Shown here in pieces: positions 38,768-48,326 of a DNA stretch of 64,000 bases. Each line of letters opens with the position of its first letter. The stretch's first letter is position 1. The notes under the pieces are model-generated. The model did not search any database, was not told the DNA's origin, and worked only from the letters and a program-made list of their open reading frames with translations. The stretch covers positions 1 through 64,000 of the forward strand of contig CAWKAR010000020.1 in assembly GCA_963847625.1 (NCBI GenBank), given 5' to 3'. Made by a program: the position numbers and the translations under genes. The stretch is from a candidate division FCPU426 bacterium. Lineage in GTDB: Bacteria > Oederibacteriota > Muellerivitia > Muellerivitales > Muellerivitaceae.

Positions 38768-39763
38768 TCAAAGACCTTCAAGAAAGGCGAGAAGCTTGTC
38801 GTCGGGGCGATAGCGTCCTGCCTTACCCCTGGTTGATGCCATGCTGGACAGAACTTTCTCCTTGATTCGAAGATCTGCATGCAAGTAAACCTGGGTGGTT
38901 TCGACGGACTCATGGCCGAGCCAAAGCGCAATCACCGATTGATCTACCCCGTGTTGGAGCAGTTCCATTGCCGTGCTATGCCTGAGAACATGCGGGCTGA
39001 CGCGCTTTCCGACAAGTGATCCGCATGACACTGACGCTGACAATGTGTGTTTGCGGACGATGTGCTCAAACGCGTCACGGCTCATCCGGTCGCCCCTGAT
39101 CGTCGGAAAGAGTGGATCATTTTCAGCGCCTTGATGTTCCTTCAACCACAGTTCTATTAGCTTGGCGGTTTCCTGTCGGAGTGGTGTGCATCGCTGTTTG
39201 CGCCCTTTGCCTTGGCACCGAATATGAGCACCCACGCCAAGCACGACATCCCGGCGTCTCAGGCCGACCAATTCAGAGGCCCGCAGCCCGGTTTGCACCG
39301 CCATCAGTAAAATCAAATGGTCGCGACGGCCGACCCAGGTTGCCTGGTCGGGCGTTTTGAGCAATGCTTCGATCTCCGGCTGATCCAAGAAATCCACGGT
39401 TCGACGGATGTAGCGTTTGCTCGGCATGGCCAGGATTTTTTGGCAATGAAGCATATAGGCCGGCTCGCTCATTGCCACGTAACGGAAGAAGGAACGGATG
39501 GCGGCAAGGCGGGTGTTTCTGCTGCGTGCACTGTTCCTCCGGGACGTTTCGACATGGAGGAGAAAATCACCCACCAGTTCGGCATCCAGGTCTTCGATGC
39601 GGAGTTTCGTCGGGCTCTTGCCGCGCTTTTCACTGGCAAATCGAAGGAGCAAGCGGAAGGTATCGCGGTATCCGGCAATCGTATTCGGGCTTGCCTCCAT
39701 CTGGTTGTGTAGACGGTCGGTAAAAAAATGTTGAAGAAGTTCCGGGAAGGTAGATGGGTTCAT
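38768..39763 (-). CDS. ritC: Tyrosine recombinase RitC
   Basis: TGLRASE, GKGRKQR, PHVLRHS, WLGHESVETTQVY. Confidence 0.9.
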   Translation of the reverse strand: MNPSTFPELLQHFFTDRLHNQMEASPNTIAGYRDTFRLLLRFASEKRGKSPTKLRIEDLDAELVGDFLLHVETSRRNSARSRNTRLAAIRSFFRYVAMSEPAYMLHCQKILAMPSKRYIRRTVDFLDQPEIEALLKTPDQATWVGRRDHLILLMAVQTGLRASELVGLRRRDVVLGVGAHIRCQGKGRKQRCTPLRQETAKLIELWLKEHQGAENDPLFPTIRGDRMSRDAFEHIVRKHTLSASVSCGSLVGKRVSPHVLRHSTAMELLQHGVDQSVIALWLGHESVETTQVYLHADLRIKEKVLSSMASTRGKAGRYRPDDKLLAFLEGL

Positions 39764-40713
39764 GATTGCACCTCTCCCGCTGAAGAACCGGTGACCCGTT
39801 GGGAGGCAAGTTCCAACAGCTCAGGTACTGCCTCAACATACCAGTAGGTATGTTCCGGAGCCCAATGACCAAGGTAGGTTGTCAGCTTGTACATCTCCCG
39901 GGAGAGGTCTTTCCCCGTGCGATACCAGCCGATGAGAGTGCGAACGGCGAACGTGTGTCGAAGATCATGAATTCGGGGACCCCGTCCATGTCTTCCGTAC
40001 CGGGGTTTAATCACAGGACGCAAACCGATGCATTGACAGACGCTCGAAAAGTTGTAACGTGCGCTGCAATCGTCTGGACGAGTCCCTTGTTCCGTAGCGA
40101 AAAAGGACTGCGGCAGAAAACCCAAAAGTTGGTTACGCCTGTTGATATAGTCTTTCAGATGACTGACGACACTGTCCGTAATTGGAACTAGGCGTGCCTT
40201 TCCCCCTTTGCCCCGTCGGATTGTCAGTACTCCCTGTTCCAGATCAACGTCACGGTTGTCGAGAGTTAGTGCCTCCTTGACCCTGAGACCCGTGACAGCG
40301 AGAAGCCCGAACAAAGTCGAGTAGGTCAACGCACGCATGCCACTTTTCGATGGAAGCTCAGCCGCAGCTTTGATGATTTTCCTGGTCTCTTCGTCACTGT
40401 AGATATAGGGTTGTGAACGGCGATACCGAGAAGGAATGAGCCCTTTCGGCGGCACCTCATTCAATGGATCGAGGCCATGGAGCCATTGGGCAAAAATCCG
40501 AACGATCCCCAGGTAGCCGACCCATGTTTGTTGGTTGGCATGGCCAAAGGCTTTTTTCCATCGGAGGAACAAATCGATGGAAATATGTTCAGCGCCTTGC
40601 TGTTCGGCAAAGTCGATAAATCTTTGCAATATCGTGGCCGTCGTGCTGAGGTCGAAGCCAAGACTGCGACGGATCGCCAGATAACGATCAAGTTCTTTAG
40701 ATAGTTGATTCAT
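39760..40713 (-). CDS. ritB: Tyrosine recombinase RitB
   Basis: TGLRVKEAL, PRIHDLRHTFAV, LTTYLGH....TYWY. Confidence 0.9.
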   Translation of the reverse strand: MNQLSKELDRYLAIRRSLGFDLSTTATILQRFIDFAEQQGAEHISIDLFLRWKKAFGHANQQTWVGYLGIVRIFAQWLHGLDPLNEVPPKGLIPSRYRRSQPYIYSDEETRKIIKAAAELPSKSGMRALTYSTLFGLLAVTGLRVKEALTLDNRDVDLEQGVLTIRRGKGGKARLVPITDSVVSHLKDYINRRNQLLGFLPQSFFATEQGTRPDDCSARYNFSSVCQCIGLRPVIKPRYGRHGRGPRIHDLRHTFAVRTLIGWYRTGKDLSREMYKLTTYLGHWAPEHTYWYVEAVPELLELASQRVTGSSAGEVQS

Positions 40714-41957
40714 TTTGCGCCTCCCTCAACCGGCCAGGGTTGGGCGACCGAGCGCAAACCTTCAATGTCGAGTTTGGCGTAGATTACTGTTGATTCAAGG
40801 GATCGGTGACGAAGCACGTCGCCTACTTCGGCAAGCGATGTTCCTCGCCGCACCAGGTTCGTTGCCAGGCTATGTCTTAGAACATGGGCTCCCACATATG
40901 GAATTGGCAGCCTCAGAGCAGCCTTGACGAAAGCCTCCTTTAAGATCACGTTGAGCATCTGCCCGTCGCGGAATGGCTTGTGTGGTGCCATCGTGGTGAC
41001 AAATAGCGCCCGTGACGTCGTCACTCGATCTCGCTGGATATATTCGACTAGGGCCTCTCCCACGTCCTGCGGGAGGGGCATGCAATCATGCCTCTGCCCC
41101 TTGCCCCGGATGAGAATCTCACCGTCGCGCCAGTTGATATCATTGATTTGAATCGTAATCACTTCCGCAGGCCGAAGTCCTAACCGTGCCAGAAGAAGCA
41201 CCATGGCGTAATTGCGCCGCCCGTTAGGCGTATCCGTTCGAACGGCGGCAATCAAGGTTTCTACCTGTTCGGGTGTGACGTATCGAGGAAGTGCCGCCCC
41301 ACGCCGTTGGGCCACGCTTGGAACGCTTGGTGCCAGATTGGTGGCTGTCCTCCCACTATTGAAGAGGAACAGGAAGAAGTTTCTTAGATGTCCAGGTGGC
41401 GTCTTGTCGAGAAACGGCTTTCCACGCGATGCCAAGTGTTGCAGAAAATTTGCGGTGTCGAGGGCTGTAATCCTGGAAAGATCAACTTTCCCGTCAGGGA
41501 AGCGGAATTCCAGAAAGCGTTCGACGAACCGCCGCCTAGCGTAGATGGTTCTCTCGCCGAGGCCTTGTTGGCGGCGAAGATATTCCTCGTAATCCCGCCT
41601 AAGGCGCATTTTGGGAGTGTCGTCAATTGCAACTGGTAAGGCCTTCGTCACCCCCAATCCCCTCAGGAATTCGACGAAACGCCGGGTTACACAGCCTGCC
41701 TCTTTCTTCTTGTAGAACGGTTGATCTGACCTCATGAAAAGGTCCATGGCCTGATTCTCGTCAATGTCCATTATCCCGACGCCGGACTCTCTCATGAGCT
41801 GATCGAGAACCGCGATACAACGGATATAGTCGGCGATTCTCACCCGACAGTAATGTTGACGTTCCAAATGGTTTCGGAACTGCTCCGGATAACCGCCTAG
41901 GGGACCATCAATCGTCCCGTTTTTAGTATGCCCACTGCCTGCTTCTAGTGATCTCAT
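40710..41957 (-). CDS. ritA: Tyrosine recombinase RitA
   Basis: RLGLRPAEV, GAHVLRHSLAT, VLRH.S..ST.IYAK; AAGGAG RBS before ATG 41957. Confidence 0.9.
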   Translation of the reverse strand: MRSLEAGSGHTKNGTIDGPLGGYPEQFRNHLERQHYCRVRIADYIRCIAVLDQLMRESGVGIMDIDENQAMDLFMRSDQPFYKKKEAGCVTRRFVEFLRGLGVTKALPVAIDDTPKMRLRRDYEEYLRRQQGLGERTIYARRRFVERFLEFRFPDGKVDLSRITALDTANFLQHLASRGKPFLDKTPPGHLRNFFLFLFNSGRTATNLAPSVPSVAQRRGAALPRYVTPEQVETLIAAVRTDTPNGRRNYAMVLLLARLGLRPAEVITIQINDINWRDGEILIRGKGQRHDCMPLPQDVGEALVEYIQRDRVTTSRALFVTTMAPHKPFRDGQMLNVILKEAFVKAALRLPIPYVGAHVLRHSLATNLVRRGTSLAEVGDVLRHRSLESTVIYAKLDIEGLRSVAQPWPVEGGAK

Positions 41958-42150
41958 TTCGTTGCTCCTTCCAATTTGAATTTCCTGCAAAGGAGCAAAA
42001 ATAACACGGCATTGTCGACATCCTGATGGCCATGTCTCCACCTCAAGGGTCGGCCAGTTTTCGAGTTTTATGCCGAATGACCGCATGGCTTTGGGGCTCA
42101 ATTCAAGGGGAATCCAAAGCTATGCGGCATAATCCGGAACGCGGCATAAC

Positions 42151-42310
42151 AAACAAAAACATTAATTCCCCGGTAGGCCTTCTTGGTGCTGGCGTTCAAC
42201 GGCAGGGGTAAGCCCTTTCCCTGTTTCCAGGGTTTTTCCCAGGGCGTTACCCCCTTTTCCAAGTCCGCCAAAATCCGGTTAGTGATTTCCTCCGCGATGT
42301 TCCTCTGCAT
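42151..42310 (-). pseudogene. ardC: ArdC 5' part (DUF1738-like)
   Basis: ITNRILADLEKGVTPWEKPW...P.NAST.K.YRGINV. Confidence 0.88.
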
Positions 42311-42322
42311 GGTTTTTCCTCC

Positions 42323-42556
42323 TTATGCGATGGATGAAACAAGCTTCTTAAACCGTGAAAACTCCAAAGGGTCCAGGGCGCATCCAATGGCCCCTAAAAT
42401 CTCGCCTTCCGTCAGGGAGTCCTTGACGTCCACCGTGGCTAAGGTCTCCAGGTCCTCGATCTCGTAAAAAAAGGACCCGTCCAAATCCTTCCCGAAGCGG
42501 ATTTCGTACCTCCCCAAGGCCTTGAACTTCAGAACTTCAAACGTCGGATGCGCCAT
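42323..42556 (-). CDS. Hypothetical protein
   Basis: 77-aa ORF with RBS, co-oriented just upstream of ardC. Confidence 0.55.
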   Translation of the reverse strand: MAHPTFEVLKFKALGRYEIRFGKDLDGSFFYEIEDLETLATVDVKDSLTEGEILGAIGCALDPLEFSRFKKLVSSIA

Positions 42557-42568
42557 AAGTCCCCCTTT

Positions 42569-42703
42569 TCAAAAGCTCCAACCTTCCTCAAGCTTCCGGA
42601 TGACCCGGTCAATCTCCTCGTCCGTCACCTTCCAACCCAAGGCCTCCGGCTCCGTTGCTTCCGCCTTCTTGGGCTCCTTCTCCTGATTGTTCTTTTCGCC
42701 CAT
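42569..42703 (-). CDS. Small hypothetical protein (44 aa)
   Basis: GAGGGA RBS; MGEKNNQEKEPKKAEATEPEALGWKVTDEEIDRVIRKLEEGWSF; leads the ardC operon. Confidence 0.45.
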   Translation of the reverse strand: MGEKNNQEKEPKKAEATEPEALGWKVTDEEIDRVIRKLEEGWSF

Positions 42704-42761
42704 GTCCCTCACCCCCTTTTTTTCTTTGTTTTTTTTGTCGGCACTTCACCTTAAAAAAACC

Positions 42762-44234
42762 GCCTTCCCCCTCCCCCCTCAAAACCTGAGGGGGGAGGGG
42801 AAGGCAAAAGCGGGAGTTTTGGGAGTTCGTGCGGAAAAACGTCCTGAAAATGAGGGAAGGAAAAACAAAGGAAGGCCACCCTTTACTTTTGTGACAGCCG
42901 CGCATTCCGGCTGGCGCAAAAGTTGCCGTGCAAGGGGGGCCGTATGTAAATGAAGAGTGTTATTGGGCCTCGGGACGAACTACCGAAACTATCCTTCGTC
43001 CTAAGACCTCACCCTACCGGACTTCTGTGTCTTGTTTATGGGTTTGCTGCTGAACTTCAGGAAGGAACGACCAACTAGATCCACATGGAGAGTGAAAACC
43101 ACCTCATCATTCAAAATCGCCGTTTCCAAATACGATTCTTTTCGGAATCCCCGCTACCCGAAGCGCCGATGCCCCGCCAGGGGCACAGCCGAAGGCATTT
43201 CAAAAATGGGAAACCGAGGGGGTATCACTTTTGTTACCCCGAAATTTCCCATTTTTGAAACGGCCCTGAGGACTCACAGGCCCCTTTCATTTATCGGCGG
43301 CGTGCCGGGATGGCATTTTTCGTTCATCCGGGCGTGCCGCCGCTGCAGGGGAAGGGCCAATCGGACAAACCGAAATGAAGCCTTTCACCTTCCCACGGAG
43401 TGCTAATTAAAAAGGCGTAATGAGGTTTTCCGCTTGGCGGGGTCCCCGGCGGAAAATGAAAGGGAGTTTACGGCTACCACCAGCTCCCCCACCTCCGGTT
43501 TTAAGGGGGTATCCATATAGGGGGAACTTCCCCCGTATGGTCAGGGGCTTGGGGGCGGACGCCCCCAAGGATAGGGGTGCGGCCAAGATCACCCGAACGC
43601 CTTATGTGAGGGAAGCTTGGCCCAGGGGGAAGTCCCACGAAAAAGGGATGCCGTTCCCCTTTTTCGTTCCCCCCCTTAAAAGCCTAAAGCTTTCCTTAGG
43701 GTTCCTTCCAAATATATTTAATCTTCTAAATCCCGGATATCTAATGTGCGGTTATAAACCTAACCTTCCATCGCGTATTTAACCCGGCTTCCTGGGGGTT
43801 CCCAGGAAGCCGGGCTATCTTTGGAATTGTCATAGTTCCTTTTGACTTTTACCTGCTCTCGTTCCGGCTTCTAGCACCCCTTAATAACGCCACCAACCCC
43901 TAATCCGTCAACCCCCGCCGACCTTCATCTAACACTTTCTCACTACCATCCACCTTGCCGTTACCACTTCTGACACCCACCTGCCACTGCTTCCATTTCC
44001 TACGGTCTTTTTTACCCGCACCACCTTTGACTCCTCCTACCACTCCCCTCACGTCCTCCCACCTCTGTTTCTATGTCTTTTGTCTTTTGTTTCTTTGTAT
44101 TTCTTTCTCAATTTCTATTTATCTACTCATCAAGTTAAGTTTCTATAATTCATAAGGGTTTACTCTTGCGGAGAGGGCGAACCCCCCTATCGTTTCTAGC
44201 ATCATTACTTGATGCGTAGATAGGGGGGTTCGCC
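42762..44234. other. Hairpin-rich non-coding region (possible ssDNA origin, ssDNA promoter or oriT region)
   Basis: IRs at 42762-42805, 43198-43260 (16 bp), 43548-43569, 43783-43814 (14 bp), 44176-44234 (16 bp). Confidence 0.55.
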
Positions 44235-44283
44235 ATAGGAGCATGAGAAAACCCACCCAAAAAAGCCAAAAACTTCAAATTTT

Positions 44284-44598
44284 CATTTCCATGGCTCGGA
44301 AATGCCATTTCCATGGAAGGGCGTTAATTTCAAGACCTGCAAACAACCAGCTTCATTCGTGGTTATCCTGGCGCTTTTCATTTCCCTTTATTCCCCGCCC
44401 CGAATTAGCAAATCCACTTCCGGTCAGTTCTCTTGATGAACATTTTTACCAACCAATAGGCCTGTAGCAAAGCTTCAGTTGGAATGGGATATCCTTCGAT
44501 AATGCCTTCAGGGATGTACTTCAAACAACGGAAAAGCCCCAATAAAGCCGGAATCTTAAAAATTCCATTTCCATGGCGCGGAAACGTCATTTCCACGA
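44284..44598. repeat. Two pairs of CATTTCCA(T/C)G repeats, each with 22-bp period
   Basis: Copies start at 44284/44306 and 44566/44588 with similar spacers. Confidence 0.65.
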
Positions 44599-44700
44599 GC
44601 GCAGGTTATTTCTACCCTCGATTGGGTAAGGATTTTATATTGCCGGCCATTTAAATTCCTGACATCATCGACAAACAAAACCTGTCTTCTTGGAGTCTCC

Positions 44701-45298
44701 ATGGCACGTTCAAAAGTTGACCCCAAATCCATTTACCGCCTCAAAGTCAACCTCAAGGACATCAACCCGCCCATTTGGCGGTGTATCCTCGTTTCTCCCT
44801 CGACCACCCTTTTCCAGCTTCATGACATCCTGCAATTGGCGATGGGTTGGCTGGACTGCCACCTGCACGAGTTCATAAAGGGCAAAACCCATTACCAGCC
44901 GCCGGACGAGGATACCGAGTCGGAATACGTCAATTCCAAGACGGCCCTTTTGGGACAGGTATTGGCCGCCCCTGGAGACAAAATGGAGTACCTATATGTA
45001 TGACTTCGGCGACGCATGGGAGCATGAGATCATCCTAGAGGAAATCCTGCCCCCCGAGGCGGGACTGAAATACCCGCATTGCGCGGCTGGGGCACGCGCC
45101 TGTCCCCCGGAAGACTGCGGTAGCACTCCCGGATACGAGGACTTGGTGGAAGCCATGCGTGACCCAAAGCATCCGGAGCGTGACAGGTACCTGGAGTGGC
45201 TGGGTGGCCTCTATGACCCCGAGAAATTCGACCTTGCCATGGTCAATAGCGACTTGGAAGACCCCGAAAAAGCGTGGGATAGGAAGATCAATGGTTAG
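44701..45298 (+). pseudogene. pRiA4b ORF-3 family protein, frameshifted
   Basis: PPIWR...LHDILQLAMGW.DCHLHEF, then YDFGD.WEH...GARACPPEDCG; TATG duplication at 44995-45002. Confidence 0.85.
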
Positions 45299-45369
45299 TT
45301 TTGGCACACCATAAAAAGGGCCTGGTCTCGCCGCGGCGATTCAGCTTTTGCCTAGCCGCCCAACCCCGA

Positions 45370-46218
45370 TTACCCAGCCTTCTTCGGCAAAATCTTTTTC
45401 AACCCCCTTTGGACTGAGCGAAAAACCCCCTCATATTCAGGCAGTTCCAGCATTTGATCCGCCAAACGGCTCTCCCAAAGCTTTTCATAGCGTTCTTTTT
45501 TCGCGGAATACTCCCGGGCTACGCCAGCCAATGTTTTACCCCGGAATGCCAGTTTCTTTTCTACCGCATCCCCCAATTCCTCTATATCAATAGAACCATC
45601 CTGAATCAGGTACCAAATATCATATAGATCGCGTGGTTCGGTTCTGGTCCTATCCATAAGGGCGACCAGTTTTTCCGCCGCTATTTCCCCCAAGCTGTAA
45701 ACCTGTATCTTGGAATCCCCGGGCAGATCCGTAAATTCGCCGTAAGGTCTCAGGATCGGTTTATATACCGGCTTAAAAACCAATTTTTCCTTGATTGTGA
45801 TATCCACTTTAAGTCGCGGCAACTTTACGGTCCTGGGAATCGGCCCTTCATATTCCAGGTAAAAAGTATGGCTGTTGGTGTGGGTTTTCCGGTCCGATTC
45901 CTTAAACCGGAAAATAATTCCAGAGGCGTTGTTGACTCCCTGATAAACCGTCTCAAGCTCCTTTTGGATGATTTCAAAAGGTGTTTCCGCAATTAAAGTG
46001 AAGTCCAAATCCTCGGAAAACCTATAATCGCCGAAGTAACACTGCTTCAAAGCGGTACCGCCCTTAAAAGCCAAGCGCCCACCCAATGAAGTACGGGACA
46101 ACGCGGATAAGAACCACGCCGCGCAGTAATTCAACTCCAAAATGTTTTCCGGTATGCGGCGTTTACTGTTGCCAGCAAGACGGTTGGAAAGTTTGGAAAG
46201 GTTTCCTTGGGGAATCAT
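45370..46218 (-). CDS. abiEii: Type IV TA toxin, AbiEii nucleotidyltransferase
   Basis: FKGGTALK..Y...YRFSEDLDF, AEKL.A, RDLYD. Confidence 0.9.
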   Translation of the reverse strand: MIPQGNLSKLSNRLAGNSKRRIPENILELNYCAAWFLSALSRTSLGGRLAFKGGTALKQCYFGDYRFSEDLDFTLIAETPFEIIQKELETVYQGVNNASGIIFRFKESDRKTHTNSHTFYLEYEGPIPRTVKLPRLKVDITIKEKLVFKPVYKPILRPYGEFTDLPGDSKIQVYSLGEIAAEKLVALMDRTRTEPRDLYDIWYLIQDGSIDIEELGDAVEKKLAFRGKTLAGVAREYSAKKERYEKLWESRLADQMLELPEYEGVFRSVQRGLKKILPKKAG

Positions 46219-47052
46219 TCAAGTTTCCGCCACATGAAGAAGTCCCTCCCGGTTTACGTTAAGCCGCAACCCCCACCGTTTCAGGTATTTTCCCTCCACG
46301 GGCAGCACCGGATCCAGAAGCGAGTAGGTTGCGGGCAATTTGGCCCTTAGCGTCTCAAGGTCATTCTCCGTACCGATTTTCAACGTTTCCAGGATATAAC
46401 CCAGCCGCCTCTTCACCGCGTCCACGCCCAACCTGACCGCGTAACCGACCAATTTAGAGACATTTAATGCTTCCCTTTGAATCAACACGCCTTTAACTAT
46501 TTCGGTTATTCCGCCGCAGTATTTGGGATGCTTTAGGCCGTCAATAACAGTCCTTTCCAGGTCGCTGACTTTCACCTTCTCCTGTTTGGTCACCCAATGG
46601 TCCGTTATTCCAAAAAACAAGGAGGATTTGCAGGAAACAAACCGATATTGAACTCCCTGTATAACGGCAGGGGGGCGTATTGTCGGGCCGCTGACGTTGA
46701 CCACCAATTGGGGCTGGGTCACCATGCCGTGGATTTCCATCGCGGTGGAATGGGAAAGATAATAGTTCCGGCCGTTCATCAATTCCCTGGCGATAAGAAG
46801 CGGGTTGCCCGAGTAGTGGCTTTCATGACCCAACTCAAACGGAACCAACTGGTAAAGCCCTCCCTTGATACGGCTAGCCACACCCCGGTCGGCCATCTTG
46901 CGGACAAAACTTCGTGTTGATACCGGGGATAATCCCAAAACTGCTTGGGCATCCCTCAAACGAAAAATAGTTTTTCCTTTGTCGTATAGGGTCGTTATCA
47001 AATGGGCTGAACGGGGTCCCAAGGTTTTAGAATATCTATTTTTAATTTTCAT
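46219..47052 (-). CDS. abiEi: Type IV TA antitoxin, AbiEi family
   Basis: wHTH (RIKGGLY), YLSHSTAMEIHG, SDLERTVIDGL; abuts the toxin gene. Confidence 0.85.
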   Translation of the reverse strand: MKIKNRYSKTLGPRSAHLITTLYDKGKTIFRLRDAQAVLGLSPVSTRSFVRKMADRGVASRIKGGLYQLVPFELGHESHYSGNPLLIARELMNGRNYYLSHSTAMEIHGMVTQPQLVVNVSGPTIRPPAVIQGVQYRFVSCKSSLFFGITDHWVTKQEKVKVSDLERTVIDGLKHPKYCGGITEIVKGVLIQREALNVSKLVGYAVRLGVDAVKRRLGYILETLKIGTENDLETLRAKLPATYSLLDPVLPVEGKYLKRWGLRLNVNREGLLHVAET

Positions 47053-47213
47053 TTAGTGCACCTATAAGGCACATGTTACAGTATTTTTATCTTTATACAT
47101 AGAATTAGTGTTAATTATTATGTTAAATAAGCCCTTTAAAGGCACTTTTTAATATATTTTTATACATTTAAAATGGCAGAACCTGAACTTCCGCGCCAAA
47201 ATGAAACAAGTTA

Positions 47214-47244
47214 GGGGTGTCACACTTTTCGAACGGCGCGGACA
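47214..47244 (-). mobile_element. Solo IS21-like terminal repeat
   Basis: Minus strand TGTCCGCGCCGTTCGAAAAGTGTGACACCCC closely matches the IS21 end at 11504. Confidence 0.7.
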
Positions 47245-47261
47245 TTTGATCTTTGCCTTGG

Positions 47262-47864
47262 TCAACCCAGGGCCTCCAGGTAGGGCCAGATGACGTTGGA
47301 TACGCGGCAGACGCGGGAATACTTCCAAAGGTCGTCCATGGTTCCCTTCTTCCCGGCCCGGTAGGCTTTCAAGGCCTCCAGGGCGACGTCCAGGCCAAGC
47401 TTATTGCGGTACTTGAAACAATCCATAACGGTTTTAGCGGGGCTATAAACTCGGACAAGACCTCCCTGGACATTATGTTCCTCCACGCCTACCGTCCGGG
47501 CTTTACCTGAAAATCGAACAAACCGAACGGGAGGCTGCACAATTCGGGGCTTCCTTGCCCAAACATCAATTGCCATCCAAACTTCATGGGGAAATTGTGT
47601 TGTCATCCCGTGAAACTGAAGGGCCGTTAGAAGGCAAAGCACTCCCCCAGGAACACGGGCACAGGCCTGGACAAGACCGTCCTGTTCCGAGACGGGACTG
47701 TTAGGTATCCGATAAACTCCCCGTCCTTCCCGGATCAGCAGGCCCTTATCGGCCAGCCTCTTCAGTTTCATCCGGCTTATACCGTGCAGGAGCGCATCAC
47801 TCGGGTGCAGGACTCCTTTTTTAAGGAGAATTTTAGGAAAAGTTGTTTTAGTCGCCATTTTCAT
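47262..47864 (-). CDS. abiEi: Second AbiEi-family antitoxin (orphan)
   Basis: GRGVYR, VLCLLTALQFHGMTTQ.PHEVW, YSPAKTVMDCFKYRNKLGLDVALEAL. Confidence 0.85.
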   Translation of the reverse strand: MKMATKTTFPKILLKKGVLHPSDALLHGISRMKLKRLADKGLLIREGRGVYRIPNSPVSEQDGLVQACARVPGGVLCLLTALQFHGMTTQFPHEVWMAIDVWARKPRIVQPPVRFVRFSGKARTVGVEEHNVQGGLVRVYSPAKTVMDCFKYRNKLGLDVALEALKAYRAGKKGTMDDLWKYSRVCRVSNVIWPYLEALG

Positions 47865-47875
47865 GTTTAACCAAT

Positions 47876-47921
47876 GTTACAAATTGTTTGTACTAATTAA
47901 TATGTACATACATATTGTAAC
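47876..47921. promoter_or_regulatory. Inverted-repeat operator upstream of abiEi
   Basis: GTTACAAattgttTGTAC-10 nt-GTACAtacataTTGTAAC (15 of 18 positions complementary). Confidence 0.55.
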
Positions 47922-47990
47922 GCTTTGAAGCAGATTGGCAATTGTTAAAGTGGTTTTTAGTAAACCACCTTATATAAGCAAAACTGGAGC

Positions 47991-48308
47991 TTAGGAGTCC
48001 GCTGAATCGCGGATTGGAAGGGACTCAACTTTGAAGCGTAAACCCATAGGTGCCAAAACACGCGTTAGGTTACGATATTTTGGATTGCCATCTTTGGAAA
48101 AAATTGCGGTGATTGCCTGGCGAGATAAGTGGGCTTCATGTGCAAGCCATGTTTTTCCGCCCATCGCTTTAGCGCAATCATTGAGGCAGGCCAAGAGAAT
48201 TCCTGGATCACCATCCTCTAAAGCGGCGTTCAAGTATCCAACTCTTTCTTTCGGATCCTTCAGTTTGGTAAGCAAATATTCTTTGTAGTTTCCCGATGTT
48301 TTACTCAT
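47991..48308 (-). CDS. Addiction module antidote protein (HTH)
   Basis: YLNAALEDGD...AKAMGG...LA....LSRQ......GNP; GGAGG RBS before ATG 48308. Confidence 0.8.
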   Translation of the reverse strand: MSKTSGNYKEYLLTKLKDPKERVGYLNAALEDGDPGILLACLNDCAKAMGGKTWLAHEAHLSRQAITAIFSKDGNPKYRNLTRVLAPMGLRFKVESLPIRDSADS

Positions 48309-48326
48309 GGGACAACCTCCATCCAT

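Larger units (their letters stand above)
38659..42150 (-). mobile_element. RIT element (recombinases in trio)
   Basis: Three overlapping tyrosine recombinase genes flanked by a perfect 82-bp IR (38686-38767 and 42068-42149) rich in TTATGCCG. Confidence 0.92.

Noticed and set aside
43032..43782. ORFs 43032-43406 and 43420-43782
   Set aside because: Low-complexity Arg/Pro/Gly translations across inverted repeats; likely spurious.
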